Positions 1-11,500 of a DNA stretch of 64,000 nt are shown here, in pieces (the stretch's first letter is position 1; each line of letters opens with the position of its first letter). The stretch is from an uncultured virus (IMG/VR IMGVR_UViG_3300032722_000013). Its lineage: Duplodnaviria; Heunggongvirae; Uroviricota; Caudoviricetes. Location of the stretch: IMG/VR virus record IMGVR_UViG_3300032722_000013. One strand, 5' to 3'. The notes below the pieces were generated by a model. The model had not been told where the DNA came from. It searched no databases and saw nothing but the letters and a program-made list of their open reading frames with translations. The translations under genes and the position numbers were made by a program.

Positions 1-1560
1 CTTCGTAGGGTACCGTGCATTGTCGGAGACCGTGGTTGCTCCTTCCGATTCTGTCGCAAGGACATACGGTGCTTACCGTTCGATCGGTGATTCTGTCTCC
101 ACGCCGTCTGACAGCATCACAAGGATATACGCTGCATACCGCTCGATCAGCGACTCAATCGCAACGCCGTCAGACAGTGTGACGAGAGCCTTCGTTGGCT
201 ATCGGTCAATCAGCGATTCTGTCTCAACGCCGTCTGATGCCGCAAGTCGTACATTTGTAGGTTACAGGTCGAAGTCAGAGAGCGTGTCCTCGCCCACTGA
301 CTCGATCTCTCGAGTGTTTGCTGGGTACCGTTCGATCGGCGATAGCGTCGCAGGACCGACTGATTCACTCACGAGGATATACGCTGCATACCGCTCGATC
401 AGCGACTCAATCGCGGTTCCGTCCGACTCTATTACTCGAGCGTTCGTCGGTTACCGCTCACTGTCTGAGACGGTGTCAACGCCGTCCGACGTCAAGACAC
501 GAATCGCAGGGTTCTACAGGTCAAATTCCGAGACCGTTTCTTCACCCTCCGATGCACTGACGCGTGACTTCATCGGATACCGCACGTTGTCTGACAGCGT
601 CTCTGCACCGTCGGACGCAGTGTCTCGCATGTACGCTGCGTACCGTTCTCTGACAGAGACTGTGGTGACAGCATCCGACACGCTTGCTCGCATGTTTATC
701 GGCGTACGGACGTTGGCTGACTCCATCATCGTACCTACGGACAGTATTTCTAGGGCCTTCGTGGGGGCACGATCGGTACCCGAGACAGTCGCCACGCCGG
801 CAGATGCAGTGGCACGCGAGCTTGTGCTGGCACGTACGATCTCTGACACGATTGTTACGCCTGCTGACGCGGTGACAAAGACGTACGGTGCGATCAAGTC
901 GTTGTCAGAGACAGTCGTCTTGCCGTCCGACTACGTTGCTCGAGCGGTTGCGCTATACAGGACGATCTCTGACGGCATCTTCGATGCAACTGACCTGGTC
1001 ACACGTGCATCTGTCGGATCAAGAGCGCTTGCTGAGTACATTGCCGTCCCGTCAGACGTTGTGACTTTGTGGTTGGGCTTGTCGCGAAACAAGTACGAAA
1101 CCGTGTCGTTCCCGTCAGACTCACCCACGCCTCAGAAGAGCCTGTTCCGGAACGTTCCAGAGTCAATCGTCGATCCGTACGATTACGTGACCCATTCGGG
1201 CGGCGGAAATTCGTACTTCGGTAACATCAACGAGGCAGTCGCATCACCTTCCGACTCGGTCAGCAGGATCGAGCTCGCTCTGCGTGCCATCCAGGACTCG
1301 ATCATTGATCCGATCGATTCGCAGACCAGGACGTACGTCGGAGCACGTAGCATCTCTGAAGTGACGGTCACGCCGACAGACAGTGTCAGCATCGGTCATT
1401 CGTTCCTCATCAGCATCTCCGATCTGATCGTCAATCCGAGCGATGTCGTCTCGCGCACGTTCACAGGTGCTAGACCGATCTCTGATGGCATCATTGATCC
1501 GACTGACTCTGTCGTTCGAGCGTTCACAGGTTCTAGGACGGTCATCGAGGTATTGCTCGA
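1..1560 (+). repeat. Coding tandem repeat, 63-nt unit
   Basis: Identical 41-nt stretch AGGATATACGCTGCATACCGCTCGATCAGCGACTCAATCGC at 122-162 and 374-414 (252 nt = 4 x 63 apart). Confidence 0.9.
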
Positions 1561-1891
1561 CCCGACAGACATTGTTGAGATGCAGTACACGCCGTTCAAC
1601 CCGCCCGGGCCAACGCCCGAGGTTGAGCGTCCTCTACGACTACGACTGGTCGGACAGTCAGGCACGAAGCGCCGCGAGGCGCAGATGGATCAGGTCGTCC
1701 TGTTTGCACGTCTGGTCAGCATCAACAACAGACCGCCGGCGGATGACGTCAAAGGCTGGATCAGAGTATACGTAAAGAAAGAACAGCAGTACGCAGCATG
1801 CATGGCAGAACACGTCTCTACGCACCGGAAGGTTGAAATTGATTGGGATTCAATCAAGGTCTCCGCCAGTCGCCTGAAGCGAGATATTTAA
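1..1891 (+). CDS. Repeat-rich putative virion fibre/surface protein, 5' truncated by the window edge
   Basis: Many ~21-aa repeats (YRSISDSVSTPSDSxTRxFxG type), then a Pro linker (PPGPTPE) and a short C-terminal domain; the repeat frame continues to the window start; sits beside structural genes. Confidence 0.6.
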   Translation, partial: FVGYRALSETVVAPSDSVARTYGAYRSIGDSVSTPSDSITRIYAAYRSISDSIATPSDSVTRAFVGYRSISDSVSTPSDAASRTFVGYRSKSESVSSPTDSISRVFAGYRSIGDSVAGPTDSLTRIYAAYRSISDSIAVPSDSITRAFVGYRSLSETVSTPSDVKTRIAGFYRSNSETVSSPSDALTRDFIGYRTLSDSVSAPSDAVSRMYAAYRSLTETVVTASDTLARMFIGVRTLADSIIVPTDSISRAFVGARSVPETVATPADAVARELVLARTISDTIVTPADAVTKTYGAIKSLSETVVLPSDYVARAVALYRTISDGIFDATDLVTRASVGSRALAEYIAVPSDVVTLWLGLSRNKYETVSFPSDSPTPQKSLFRNVPESIVDPYDYVTHSGGGNSYFGNINEAVASPSDSVSRIELALRAIQDSIIDPIDSQTRTYVGARSISEVTVTPTDSVSIGHSFLISISDLIVNPSDVVSRTFTGARPISDGIIDPTDSVVRAFTGSRTVIEVLLDPTDIVEMQYTPFNPPGPTPEVERPLRLRLVGQSGTKRREAQMDQVVLFARLVSINNRPPADDVKGWIRVYVKKEQQYAACMAEHVSTHRKVEIDWDSIKVSASRLKRDI

Positions 1892-1898
1892 GGGACAC

Positions 1899-2513
1899 AT
1901 GGACCAACTTCTAGAAACGATCGATCTTGACGCAGAGAAATCCAACGAACTGTTCTTCAAGATCAGGGTGGAAGGTCTAGACCAGGCTCCCACGAAGGTC
2001 AGGCTTGTGTGTGAAGCAGGTGATGTTTCGTACATGTTCAAGGGATATTCTACGAACGAGGAGGGGATGATTCAGTTCATGATCCCCGCACTCAAAGGTC
2101 AGATCAAGGAAGGAACGTACGTCGGTCGAGTCGAAGTCCTGATTGAGAATCGGTACTTCTCTCCCCTGACGTTCAACCTCAATTTCAAGAGAGAGATGAA
2201 CGTTGTCGTTGAGTCGGTTCAACCTGCGCGTCGTCCCAATGTTGGACCTTCCGTCACCGCGTCTGTCATTCCGTCCGTCAGGAAGGTCGTTGCACCTGAG
2301 CCCACTCCGCAGCCCATTGCAAAGCAAAAGCCATTCGTCATTGAGACTGAGACGCGTCAACCCGTGAAGCCCGCCCCCACAATGCCTCGTTCAACATCTT
2401 TGAAAGAGCGCCATGCGTCGAAACCTGTCAAGCCTGAGATTGTGGACTTCGACGCGCTTGATGAGACACTCATCGAGAATATCACGAGGCAGTTCACGAA
2501 GCCGAGGAAGTGA
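1899..2513 (+). CDS. Hypothetical phage protein (beta-rich N-terminus, Pro/Lys-rich tail)
   Basis: ORF preceded by the late-promoter-like ATATTTA (1884-1890). Confidence 0.6.
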   Translation: MDQLLETIDLDAEKSNELFFKIRVEGLDQAPTKVRLVCEAGDVSYMFKGYSTNEEGMIQFMIPALKGQIKEGTYVGRVEVLIENRYFSPLTFNLNFKREMNVVVESVQPARRPNVGPSVTASVIPSVRKVVAPEPTPQPIAKQKPFVIETETRQPVKPAPTMPRSTSLKERHASKPVKPEIVDFDALDETLIENITRQFTKPRK

Positions 2514-2547
2514 CCGACGTCGTCTGCTCTGAACGTCATTTGCATCG

Positions 2548-2589
2548 ATACTTATCGACATGACGTTTGCTCAGACGCTTGCGCCGTGA
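2548..2589 (+). pseudogene. Orphan late promoter plus 9-codon stub (MTFAQTLAP*), probably the original 5' end of the neck gene
   Basis: ATACTTA at 2548, ATG at 2560; the peptide matches the F-x-x-T-(L/I)-x-P pattern of the 3679 N-terminus (MSSFIETINP). Confidence 0.65.
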
Positions 2590-2616
2590 CGGGATCGATC
2601 GGAGTGATCGTAGAAC

Positions 2617-3615
2617 TCAAGGTTGAGTATCCTTATCTTTTAAAGTTTTGTGTTGTAACACTTCGTCAATCGAACCCATTTCGGGCCACCACATTATGTA
2701 TGTGATGTTCATTTCTTTGCAGTAAGCAACGCCTGCTTTCGTTTTACACATAACACGAGGGTGTGTAGATAGTTTGAATGGCTTTGCTTCGAGCATGATG
2801 ATTTTACCTGATTTCAACGTGATGAGAAAGTCAGGAACGTATCTTCGTGTTTTGTGCTCAGTTTCATCAATGTATCTGATTGAAACACATTCATAGTTCC
2901 ACGAAGCAACCGCGTCAGATGCATCGAGATCTTGCATGATCGTAAGTTCATACGATGATTTGTAGCGACATGTTTTAGGACACTTGATTGCCTTATATTC
3001 TCCTCGTTGCCATATTCTTTCGTTGTTCAGAAGTTTATTTGACATCACTTCAGAAAGATGTTGATTTGTGAGCAAATACGCACCCTGCGTAGCGCGGGTA
3101 TTGTACGTTACTCTTTGCTTGATCGTAGTTTCTTCACGTTTCTGTAGATTATCTTTCCAGAATTGACGTACTTTTTCTCCCAATGATTCACGTAATTCTG
3201 GATTGGCTTCATATGTTTGACGTATGCTCTCGGATCTCTTTATGATTGTATCATCTGTTATAAATTCACGCATCCTAGTAGCCTTGGCCGCCGCCAGTTC
3301 TGGATGTTCAGCGTGGTACTGCTTCATATTTGTTGAGTTTTTGCGTCCAATTCTTTCGCGAATTTCGTAACTGGGTGATTTACCAACACCATTGTGACCA
3401 TGTATGTAATCATTGAAGTGATCACGGCTGCCAAGCGTTGAAAGTTCAATTTGACATTTGCATCCACATTTACACATTGGTGGGATGCCATTGTACATGT
3501 TTTCTAATACGTAGTCGCGCCATGTTTTTTGATGATCACGACGCAAATGATTGATGAGTTTGTATCGTGTGGGAAATTGCGATTTGCATAGTTCACAGTG
3601 ACGTGGCGTTGTCAT
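2617..3615 (-). mobile_element. Free-standing homing endonuclease: C2H2 Zn finger plus TnsA/gp4-like PD-(D/E)xK domain
   Basis: CELC...HLRRDH, CKCGC, and C-terminal YKSSYE...WNYE...YVPDFLI...LEAKP; AT-rich; opposite strand to its neighbours. Confidence 0.75.
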
Positions 3616-3678
3616 AATTTAAATAGTATTACAAGACCGATAGTGTGTTCTAAGCACGTACTCATTCCTACTTAGATC

Positions 3679-4893
3679 GTGTCAAGTTTTATCGAAACCA
3701 TCAATCCGTGTCCGTACAATTTTTTTAGCTCTGATCCTGTTTTTCAACAGGAGGCCGATGGAACCGTGCTGTTCGTCAAGCGCAAGCTTGGTGATGACAT
3801 CCTCAGCGTTGAGCTGACGTCAAGGCAGATTTGGGCATGCCTTGAGGAGTCGTGCCTCGAGTACGCGCGTCACGTTCAAGAGCTAAAGATCATCAGTGAG
3901 TTAGCGAATGTCATGGGTCAGCCTACGGGCTCTACTGACCTGACGAACAAGTACCCACAGAAGTCGCTGGACTTCCTTCTACGCATGGCGGATGCGTATG
4001 CGACGGCTGCAAGCGTCGGAGGAAGCTACGACGCAACGATGGGTTACATCAACTTGAAGTCAGGTCGACAGGACTATGACATCTACAAAGAACTGTACGT
4101 TGCTGCACGTCCGCCGAGGTTCGGTGGCCCTCCTCCCGAGCTGGTGGTCGATGCTGTTCCGGATGGATTCAAAGGAAAGCTTCGAATCGTAGACGTTTTC
4201 CACTTTGAACCGCTCGCTGCGCAGACGTTCTTGCTCAATGCCAGCAACATCACTAACTTCCTTGCAACAAACTTCAACTATGAATCATACGTGAATAGTA
4301 CGGTCTTCTACGTGCTACCTGTGTTTGAGGACGTCGTTCGACGAGGCATGCTGAAAGAGGCGTTCCGCGTTCGTAGGTCGAACTACAGTTACGCGATCAT
4401 CGGCACGAAGCTCAGGATCTTTCCCATTCCGACAGTCGACACGAACCTCGACGGTCTTGGGCCGAATCGACTGTACATCAAGGTCATGACGCCGAACGGA
4501 GTGCTAGATCCTGCATTCGAGGATCAGTCGATCAACGGAATCTCAGGCCCAGAGAACGTGCCCTTTTCAATTCTTCCATATTCGACCATAACTCAACCTG
4601 GAAAACAATGGATTCGTCAGTATACGCTGGCCCTCTGCCGTGAATTGCTTGGCATCGTCAGGTCAAAGATGCAGACGATTCCGATTCCTAATGCAGATCT
4701 TACTCTTGACGGTGAATCGCTCAAAACTCAGGCACGCGAGGACAAGGACAAGTTGCAGACGCAGTTGAAGGAATTCCTCGAACAACTCACGAACGCAAAG
4801 CTCGCGGAGACGAACGCGAACATCGCAGAAAACATGATGAAGCAGCTCAGAGCAATCCCGATGCCGCGTGGTACCGCGATCGTGATTGGTTGA
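3679..4893 (+). CDS. Neck/head-tail adaptor protein (T4 gp13-like)
   Basis: KRKLG...VELT..QI..CLEES and WIRQYTLALCRELLG..RSK...IP....TLDG..L motifs; upstream of the sheaths; CTACTTA at 3668. Confidence 0.75.
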   Translation: MSSFIETINPCPYNFFSSDPVFQQEADGTVLFVKRKLGDDILSVELTSRQIWACLEESCLEYARHVQELKIISELANVMGQPTGSTDLTNKYPQKSLDFLLRMADAYATAASVGGSYDATMGYINLKSGRQDYDIYKELYVAARPPRFGGPPPELVVDAVPDGFKGKLRIVDVFHFEPLAAQTFLLNASNITNFLATNFNYESYVNSTVFYVLPVFEDVVRRGMLKEAFRVRRSNYSYAIIGTKLRIFPIPTVDTNLDGLGPNRLYIKVMTPNGVLDPAFEDQSINGISGPENVPFSILPYSTITQPGKQWIRQYTLALCRELLGIVRSKMQTIPIPNADLTLDGESLKTQAREDKDKLQTQLKEFLEQLTNAKLAETNANIAENMMKQLRAIPMPRGTAIVIG

Positions 4894-4933
4894 TTGCAAT
4901 ACCTATCGGCACTAGAATGGTGTACGATGTAAC

Positions 4934-5896
4934 ATGCTCTTAGGCGTCAAGAAGGAAATACGCGTAGATCGATTGGGTCGTACGTGGAAACATGATGTGT
5001 TTACGTTGAAGTGTGACATGTGTGGAAAAGAGTTCGAACGTCGAGGGTGCGTGTTTCGTTTCTTGTCTCGAAAGACACACGCGTGTTCATCTGAGTGTAA
5101 GAGTGCAGCACACAAGAACGGTGGCGTCGTAGAACGCATTCGTGCGAAGACGAACCTTGAACGCTATGGCGCAGAGAATGCATACGCGGCAGAACCGTGC
5201 AAGACGAAAATCAAAAGCACATTGATGGAGCACTACGGCGTTGAACATGCGCTACAATCAGTCGATCTTCAACGAAAGCAACACGAAACGTCAGTCGCAC
5301 GTTACGGTGAACGTCCCATCTCGTCGCCCATCATCCAAGAACGCATCAAGGCCACGATGTTAGAGCGTCACGGCGTCGAACGACCGATGCAGATGGTGCG
5401 TGTTCGCGAGGCGATGATGTCAGGTAGCATCGAGAAGTACGGTGTGCCCTTTCCGATGCAAAGTCCAGAGTTCAAGCACGAGATGTTCGAGAGACGTACC
5501 GAGGACGGTACGTACTTCAAGTCGAAGTCTGAGGATCGATGCTTTGATGCACTGTGCGAACGTTTCGGCATGGAGTGGGTCGATCGACAGGTTGCGATCA
5601 CGAAGCATTGGTGCATCGATTTCTACGTCAGGAGCATCGACGTTTATGTCCAATTCGACGGCGTGTACTGGCATGCGCTCGATCGACCCATTGAAGAGAT
5701 CAGGCGTTCCGGAACTGATGGTCACCGCCGTGACATGTCGAGGTATCGCAAGTGGCTTGTCGACCGTCAACAGGAGAAGTGGTTCGTTGAGCGCGGCCTT
5801 CGTCTTGTTCGCATCACTGACAAGGAGTTTCAGGCCGATCCTACGACGTGCCTACTTAGGATCATAGGTGCAGCTGCATGGCTCGACTATTCATAG
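4934..5896 (+). mobile_element. Homing endonuclease with ERYGVE repeats and a C-terminal Vsr/EDxHD-like nuclease
   Basis: CxxC Zn ribbon; repeated TxxE(R/K/H)YGxE; KSKSE...IDFYV...QFDGVYWH...LVRITD; paralog at 36616. Confidence 0.75.
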
Positions 5897-6552
5897 GCCC
5901 GCGGGAGATGAATTTCATCTCTGACATCACGAAAGAGCTCATCAAGGATGTCGTTGGGCAGTTCGTGTACTACTATCCGATCAACGACAAGAAGACGCCT
6001 TCTGATGGAGTGTACAACGAGGCAACGAAGAAGGTCTACGACAACCCAATTAAGTTGGATTGCCTGGTGAACTCGAGTTTCCAAGAGGAGACGAAGATCG
6101 ACCAGTTCGGTGTCGACGCAAAGTTCAAGATTGAAGTCTACATTCAACATCGTGACCTGGTGGAGAAGAACATCGCTGTTGCGATCGGTGACTTCTTCAG
6201 CTACGGTGAGTACTTCTACGAAGTGACCGAGAAGGTATTCATGCGTACCATCTACGGCGAGATTGAGCACAAGGACGGCGTCAAGTTGATCGGCACCAAG
6301 TCTCGCTTCACGCAGTTTGCATCGACGACATTGGGTCCCACGGACATCTCACGCCCAGAGCCAGACGCAGTCCAGACGACATTCGTCCAGCAACGTGGTC
6401 AGGCAACGAACAGCGAGGGCGTGACAGGAGACGTTCGAGCATTGCAGGATCCGCTCATCGTCGGACCTCCTATCACCGGTGCCAAGGAGGTCTCGCCGAA
6501 GGGCGCAGACGACGGTACGGGAATCAGTTCGTTCTACGATGAAAGTGATTGA
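5878..6552 (+). CDS. Neck/head-closure protein (T4 gp14-like)
   Basis: ELIKDVVGQFVYYYP...KFKIEVYI...GDFFSY...YEVT; synteny between gp13-like and tail-completion genes. Confidence 0.65.
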   Translation: MARLFIGPREMNFISDITKELIKDVVGQFVYYYPINDKKTPSDGVYNEATKKVYDNPIKLDCLVNSSFQEETKIDQFGVDAKFKIEVYIQHRDLVEKNIAVAIGDFFSYGEYFYEVTEKVFMRTIYGEIEHKDGVKLIGTKSRFTQFASTTLGPTDISRPEPDAVQTTFVQQRGQATNSEGVTGDVRALQDPLIVGPPITGAKEVSPKGADDGTGISSFYDESD

Positions 6553-6553
6553 A

Positions 6554-7186
6554 ATGTTCATGTATCATGTGTATTGTGATTTCATGGCCGATACTGGTGA
6601 GGTGATCTATGTTGGTTATGGTAATGATAGTCGCGTGAAATACCCAGAACGTAATGATTTACATGACATCATTCGTTTAGCACATGGAATTGTTCGAAAG
6701 GTTATGTGGAACGGTGATAGTCTTGCGTGCGCTCATGCGATTGAAATCAAGTTGATTGCTGAACTACACACATTCATCGATGATCCACATGCTAGCAAGA
6801 ACGTGTGTAACAAGACGTCAGGTGGAGAGGGTTCGAGACACTGTGCTGCGACACGACGTAGAATCAGTGAAACGATGAAAACACTTGAGCGCACTGTTGA
6901 ACACTCTAAGAACATCAGCATCGGTAAGAAGGGAAAGCCAAGTGGTTGGAAAGACAGGAATCAATCGTTGAAGCATGTTTCGAATCGTGTTGCTGCGTTC
7001 AATGCAAATAAGTCGCATCACAAATCGCTAAAAGGCAAAACGATGCATAGGTTAAACGCACAACTCGCTAGCGAAATACGTGCTCGATTTTTGTCGAACG
7101 AAAATGTTCATGCCCTTGCCATAGAATACGGCGTGAGTGACACAACGATCAGAAATATTGGGAAGGGAGCGTCGTACATATCATGA
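6554..7186 (+). mobile_element. GIY-YIG-like homing endonuclease with NUMOD3-like segments and a C-terminal HTH
   Basis: YHVYCD...VIYVGYG...R...E..LI...N..SGGEG; HCAATRRRISE; LAIEYGVSDTTIRNI; AT-rich. Confidence 0.75.
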
Positions 7187-8508
7187 CAACTCGATATGAT
7201 GCAAAATCAAAGACGCGCTTCAACGTACCCGGGCTACCGTCAGGGTACCAAGGCGATTCTGCGACTGACATCACGATCCCGTCGTGTGGCATCAAGGATG
7301 TTGACGAGGCTATGTTTAGGCTCTTCGACAAGGAGATACCGCTCATTGTCTCAGCTGAAAATGTCGCAGAGAATCGTCGTTGTCCGGTCATCTTCTTCTC
7401 AGGCGAGAAGTGGGCGCTCAACAAGAAGTTTCGAGCGATGCGCGACAGGAACAACGCCCTGATCCTTCCTATCTGCACTGCTGTGAGGACGTCCATCACC
7501 CAGGATCCTGCCTCTGACATCGCCGGTCGCGGCATCAACCAGCAGACAGGCGAGATAGTTGTCCACCGCCGTCTCGATAAATCGGATCGCAACTACCAAC
7601 AGCTAATCAATCGTTTAATGTTGCCTCACCAGCAGAACCTTGCTGTGGCGCCCGGTCAGGCGGACCCGGGTCAGCTAACAACGACGAGGGAGATCGGCGA
7701 GCTAGCCGGCAATGAGCTCGTCGAACAAGGAGCGTTGCTTCTTCCCAATCGGACGAACAACATCTTTGAGACGATTGTCATCCCTGCGCCTCAGTTCTTC
7801 ACTGCAACGTATGACGTGACGATCTGGACGCAGTACACGTCACACATGACGCAGCTGATCGAACAGATCATCTCATCGCAGCTTCCTCAAGGTAACTGTT
7901 GGAAGCTCACGACCCCGAAGGGTTATTGGTTCATTGCGAGCGTTGATGGCAATAGCTACACCGCAGATGCAAACACTGATGACTTTTCGCAGACAGAGCG
8001 CGTCATCAAGTACAAGTTCACCATCAAAGTGCCAGGTTACATCCTCGCGTCATCTGTCCCAGGAGCACCCGTTCCGATCAGGAAGTACACATCATCACCC
8101 ATGATCACGTTCAGCACAGGGATCGACTCAGGCGCGAACGTTGACACAGGCGACGCAGGAAACTTCGTCGATGAGCCTTTTCTCGGTGCTGATGATCCCA
8201 CGTTGCCGTTGACGTCAGGTGGTGACGGTGACAATCCACGACAGGATCAACGTAGGACGAATGGAACTCGTCTGTGGCCGGCAAAGAACGATAACGTTGA
8301 TAATCCTGATGATCCTGCGTGGAAAAAAGTCAGGCGCGGCACGCCCCCGACGAGGTTCAAGCGCATAAAAGGCATCGACAAGAACGGACGGGTTGTCACG
8401 AGATTGTATAGGATCAACGCAGCAGGCGCACAAGGTGAATCAGTGCTCCCCGCCGATGCCAACCTGGGCGGTCTTACTATCATTGCAGTAGAAGACCTCG
8501 ACGACTGA
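7183..8508 (+). CDS. Tail completion/terminator protein (T4 gp15-like)
   Basis: IKDVDEAMF...PVIF..GEKW...LILP...YDVTIWTQY...KFTIKVPGYI; directly upstream of the sheaths. Confidence 0.6.
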   Translation: MTTRYDAKSKTRFNVPGLPSGYQGDSATDITIPSCGIKDVDEAMFRLFDKEIPLIVSAENVAENRRCPVIFFSGEKWALNKKFRAMRDRNNALILPICTAVRTSITQDPASDIAGRGINQQTGEIVVHRRLDKSDRNYQQLINRLMLPHQQNLAVAPGQADPGQLTTTREIGELAGNELVEQGALLLPNRTNNIFETIVIPAPQFFTATYDVTIWTQYTSHMTQLIEQIISSQLPQGNCWKLTTPKGYWFIASVDGNSYTADANTDDFSQTERVIKYKFTIKVPGYILASSVPGAPVPIRKYTSSPMITFSTGIDSGANVDTGDAGNFVDEPFLGADDPTLPLTSGGDGDNPRQDQRRTNGTRLWPAKNDNVDNPDDPAWKKVRRGTPPTRFKRIKGIDKNGRVVTRLYRINAAGAQGESVLPADANLGGLTIIAVEDLDD

Positions 8509-8580
8509 CCGAGTCCGGTCTTTCAAACCAGCGTGGAATAGTTATCTTAGCGTTCTAGCAATCGCAAGAGGAGCACGTAA

Positions 8581-11500
8581 ATGCCCGTACAGACTTTCAG
8601 GTCACCCAACTTCTTCGATCGTGAGATCGACCAGTCAGCAATTGCCCCCTTGGGTCCCTCTGGTGTCCCTGCGGGGATCATCGGTACCTCAAACAGGGGT
8701 CCCGCGTTCATCCCGGTGACGGTCGGTGACTTCAATCAATTCATTGCAACGTTCGGCGATCTTGACCCGAACAGGTACGGTCCTTACGCTGCGAATACGT
8801 TCCTTGCAAACCGCAGCGCGCTCACCTTCCTGAGGGTCCTAGGTGCTGGAGCGAACGCTTCCGGTACTGACATCGGACGAACCGCAGCGACCGGTCGAGT
8901 CCTGAATGCAGGATTTCACCTTGACGGTGAACCTGCAGCGGGAGACGGAGCAGGACGCTACAACAACGTCGTGCAGTTCCTCGTAGCACAGCACGTCATC
9001 CAGACGGCTGAGGCTTACGGCCAGGCAGACTTCACAGACAACGATTCGTTCCTTCCCGGATCGTCGGTTGTCAACCTCGTTCGTGGCGTCATCATCCCAG
9101 CTAGCGGCTCTCGCATCATGATCGCCTCGATGGATCACAACCTCGTCGGTGCGAACATCACGGCCTTGAATGACATGGGTCAGGCGGATGCAAACGGCAA
9201 CTTCAAGCTGATCATCTCCACTTCACTCGGCAGTGCATTCTACAGTGACGACGGTAACCCGGGTTGCCACATCGTGACAGCATCGCTTGACCCGAGCGCT
9301 ACGAATTACTTCGCGAAGGTGCTCAATACTGATCCGAAGAACTTTGTCACCATGCAACACCTCGTCTACAGCGACTTTGCAGTCGATGATGAGATTGCAA
9401 CCGTCGGCACAAACGGCGCAGAGTCCGTAGGCCAGGTCGTCGGCATCCTACAAGGGTCAACGCACATCAGTGCAGTCGCGGGAGCGAATGACACGTTCAC
9501 GTCTTCTCCTTACCATGACGTCACATCGTTCCGTTCCACATTCGGAGCATTCGACACGCGGTACCAGACGCCGACCACACCGAACTTCATCAGCCAACCT
9601 TTCGGTAAGACCGAATTCGACCTCTTCAGGGTCGAGGCTCTCGACGACGGTGCATACGCGAACAACCTCTACAAGATCTCAATTGCTAACCTGCAGGCGT
9701 CCACAAACGCAGCGAACAAGTACGGTACGTTCTCTGTGCAGGTTCGCAGCTGGGATGACACGGACATCAACCCGAACATCATCGAGCAGTTCAACAACTG
9801 TTCGCTCGACCCAGCGGCTGACACCTACGTCGCGAAGGTCATCGGTGATCGCAAACTGTTCTACAACTTCGACGCAGAGGATCCTTCAGAGCGTAGGATC
9901 ATCGCGGGTGGCAAGTATCAGAGCAACTCTTCGTACATCCGCGTTGTGATGAACGATGCAGTTGATCGCGGTCAGGTTCCTCCTGCGTGCCTTCCCTTTG
10001 GCTTCCGCGGCGTTTCTGTCTTGAAGACGAATGACGCATTGAGCGACACTACGCCGGGAATTGCTCGCATGTTCGGACTTCTCTCCGGCTCTGCAAACAT
10101 CCTGTCACAGTCAATCGTCCCACCCGTTCCCTTCCGTTCGAAGGTGACGAAGGGCACACGACCCCAAAGTGGCTGGTTTGGTCAGCCCGGATCGACTGAG
10201 GTCACGATCAACACGATGTACTGGGGTACGAAGTTCGAGCGTAACGACATTCCTCTCAACCCGAACATTGAGACATTGCCGAACAACTTCCTCAATTCAC
10301 TCACGCAATTCCAAGGACTGTCCTTGCTCGACACGGTCGTGACCGGGTCAGGCGCCGATACGTTTAACGACAACAAGTTCACGCTTTCAAAGTGTGCATT
10401 CCCCAACGGTGCGATCTCCGATCTCACCTCGTCGGTTGAAACAACGATGCTTGGAACAGCGTACATCCGCAACGGTGTCGTTGATTCCTCGCAGTACACG
10501 ATCAACGACCCGGTGTTCGGTTCTCCACGCATCACCTTCGCAACGTTGCTCGGCAAGGGCACGCCTGCGCAGTTCAATCGCTTTGCAAACTTCACGAAGT
10601 TCACCACCTTCATGCAGGGTGGGTTCGACGGGACGAACTTCCTCGACATCGATGCAGAACGCATGAACGACAAGGCAACGTGCTTCGAATCGAGCAAGTA
10701 CGGATCTGGCGGCGCGTTCGCTAGCTACGTACCCGCTGGATTCGGTGCTGCGCAGAGCGGCTACGGTCAGCAGAACTCCACGGTGTCATCGTACATCACG
10801 GCCATCAACATCATGACCGATCCTCTGCAGATCAACCACAACATCCTCGCGATCCCTGGCATCCGTGAACCTTTCATCACGGACTACGCAGGCAATGCCG
10901 TCAAGGCGTACGGCCTCGCATACAATGTCATGGATCTCGAGAGGTTCGACGAGAGCGGACTGCGCATGTTCGATGACTCTGTCAACGCGGCGGGTTCACT
11001 TGCCCGTCCGGACGTCAATCAGACAGCGGCTGGACTTGACACCCGAGGAATCGACAACAACTACATGGGTGTGTACTTCCCTGACATCTTCATCAATGAC
11101 ACGACCAACAACCGCCGCGTCAAGGTACCTGCGTCCATTGCAGCCTTGGGTGCACTGGGCTTCAACGACAGGGTCGGTTACCCGTGGTTCGCGCCGGCGG
11201 GCTTCAACCGTGCATCGCTCGATTTCGTCACAAATGTCGAGGTCAGGCTCACAGCATCTGATCGCGACACGTTGTACGATGCTCGCATCAATCCAATCGC
11301 TACGTTCCCGAGGCAGGGATTTGCGATCTTCGGACAGAAGACGCTCCAAATCAAGTCTTCAGCGCTTGACCGGGTCAACGTACGTCGCCTCCTGCTCGAG
11401 GTCAAACGGATCATCATCGGCATCGCAATGCAGTTGGAGTTCGAGCAGAACACGCCTGCCTTGTGGAACACATTCGTTTCGCAGGCATCCTTGCAACTGG

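Noticed and set aside
1..1560. Regularly spaced repeats as a CRISPR array or DGR template
   Set aside because: Units are in-frame, degenerate at synonymous positions and have no unique spacers; no cas or reverse transcriptase gene in the window
2617..3615. Tn7-like transposon, from the TnsA-like domain
   Set aside because: No TnsB/TnsC or terminal repeats; the domain architecture fits a free-standing homing endonuclease
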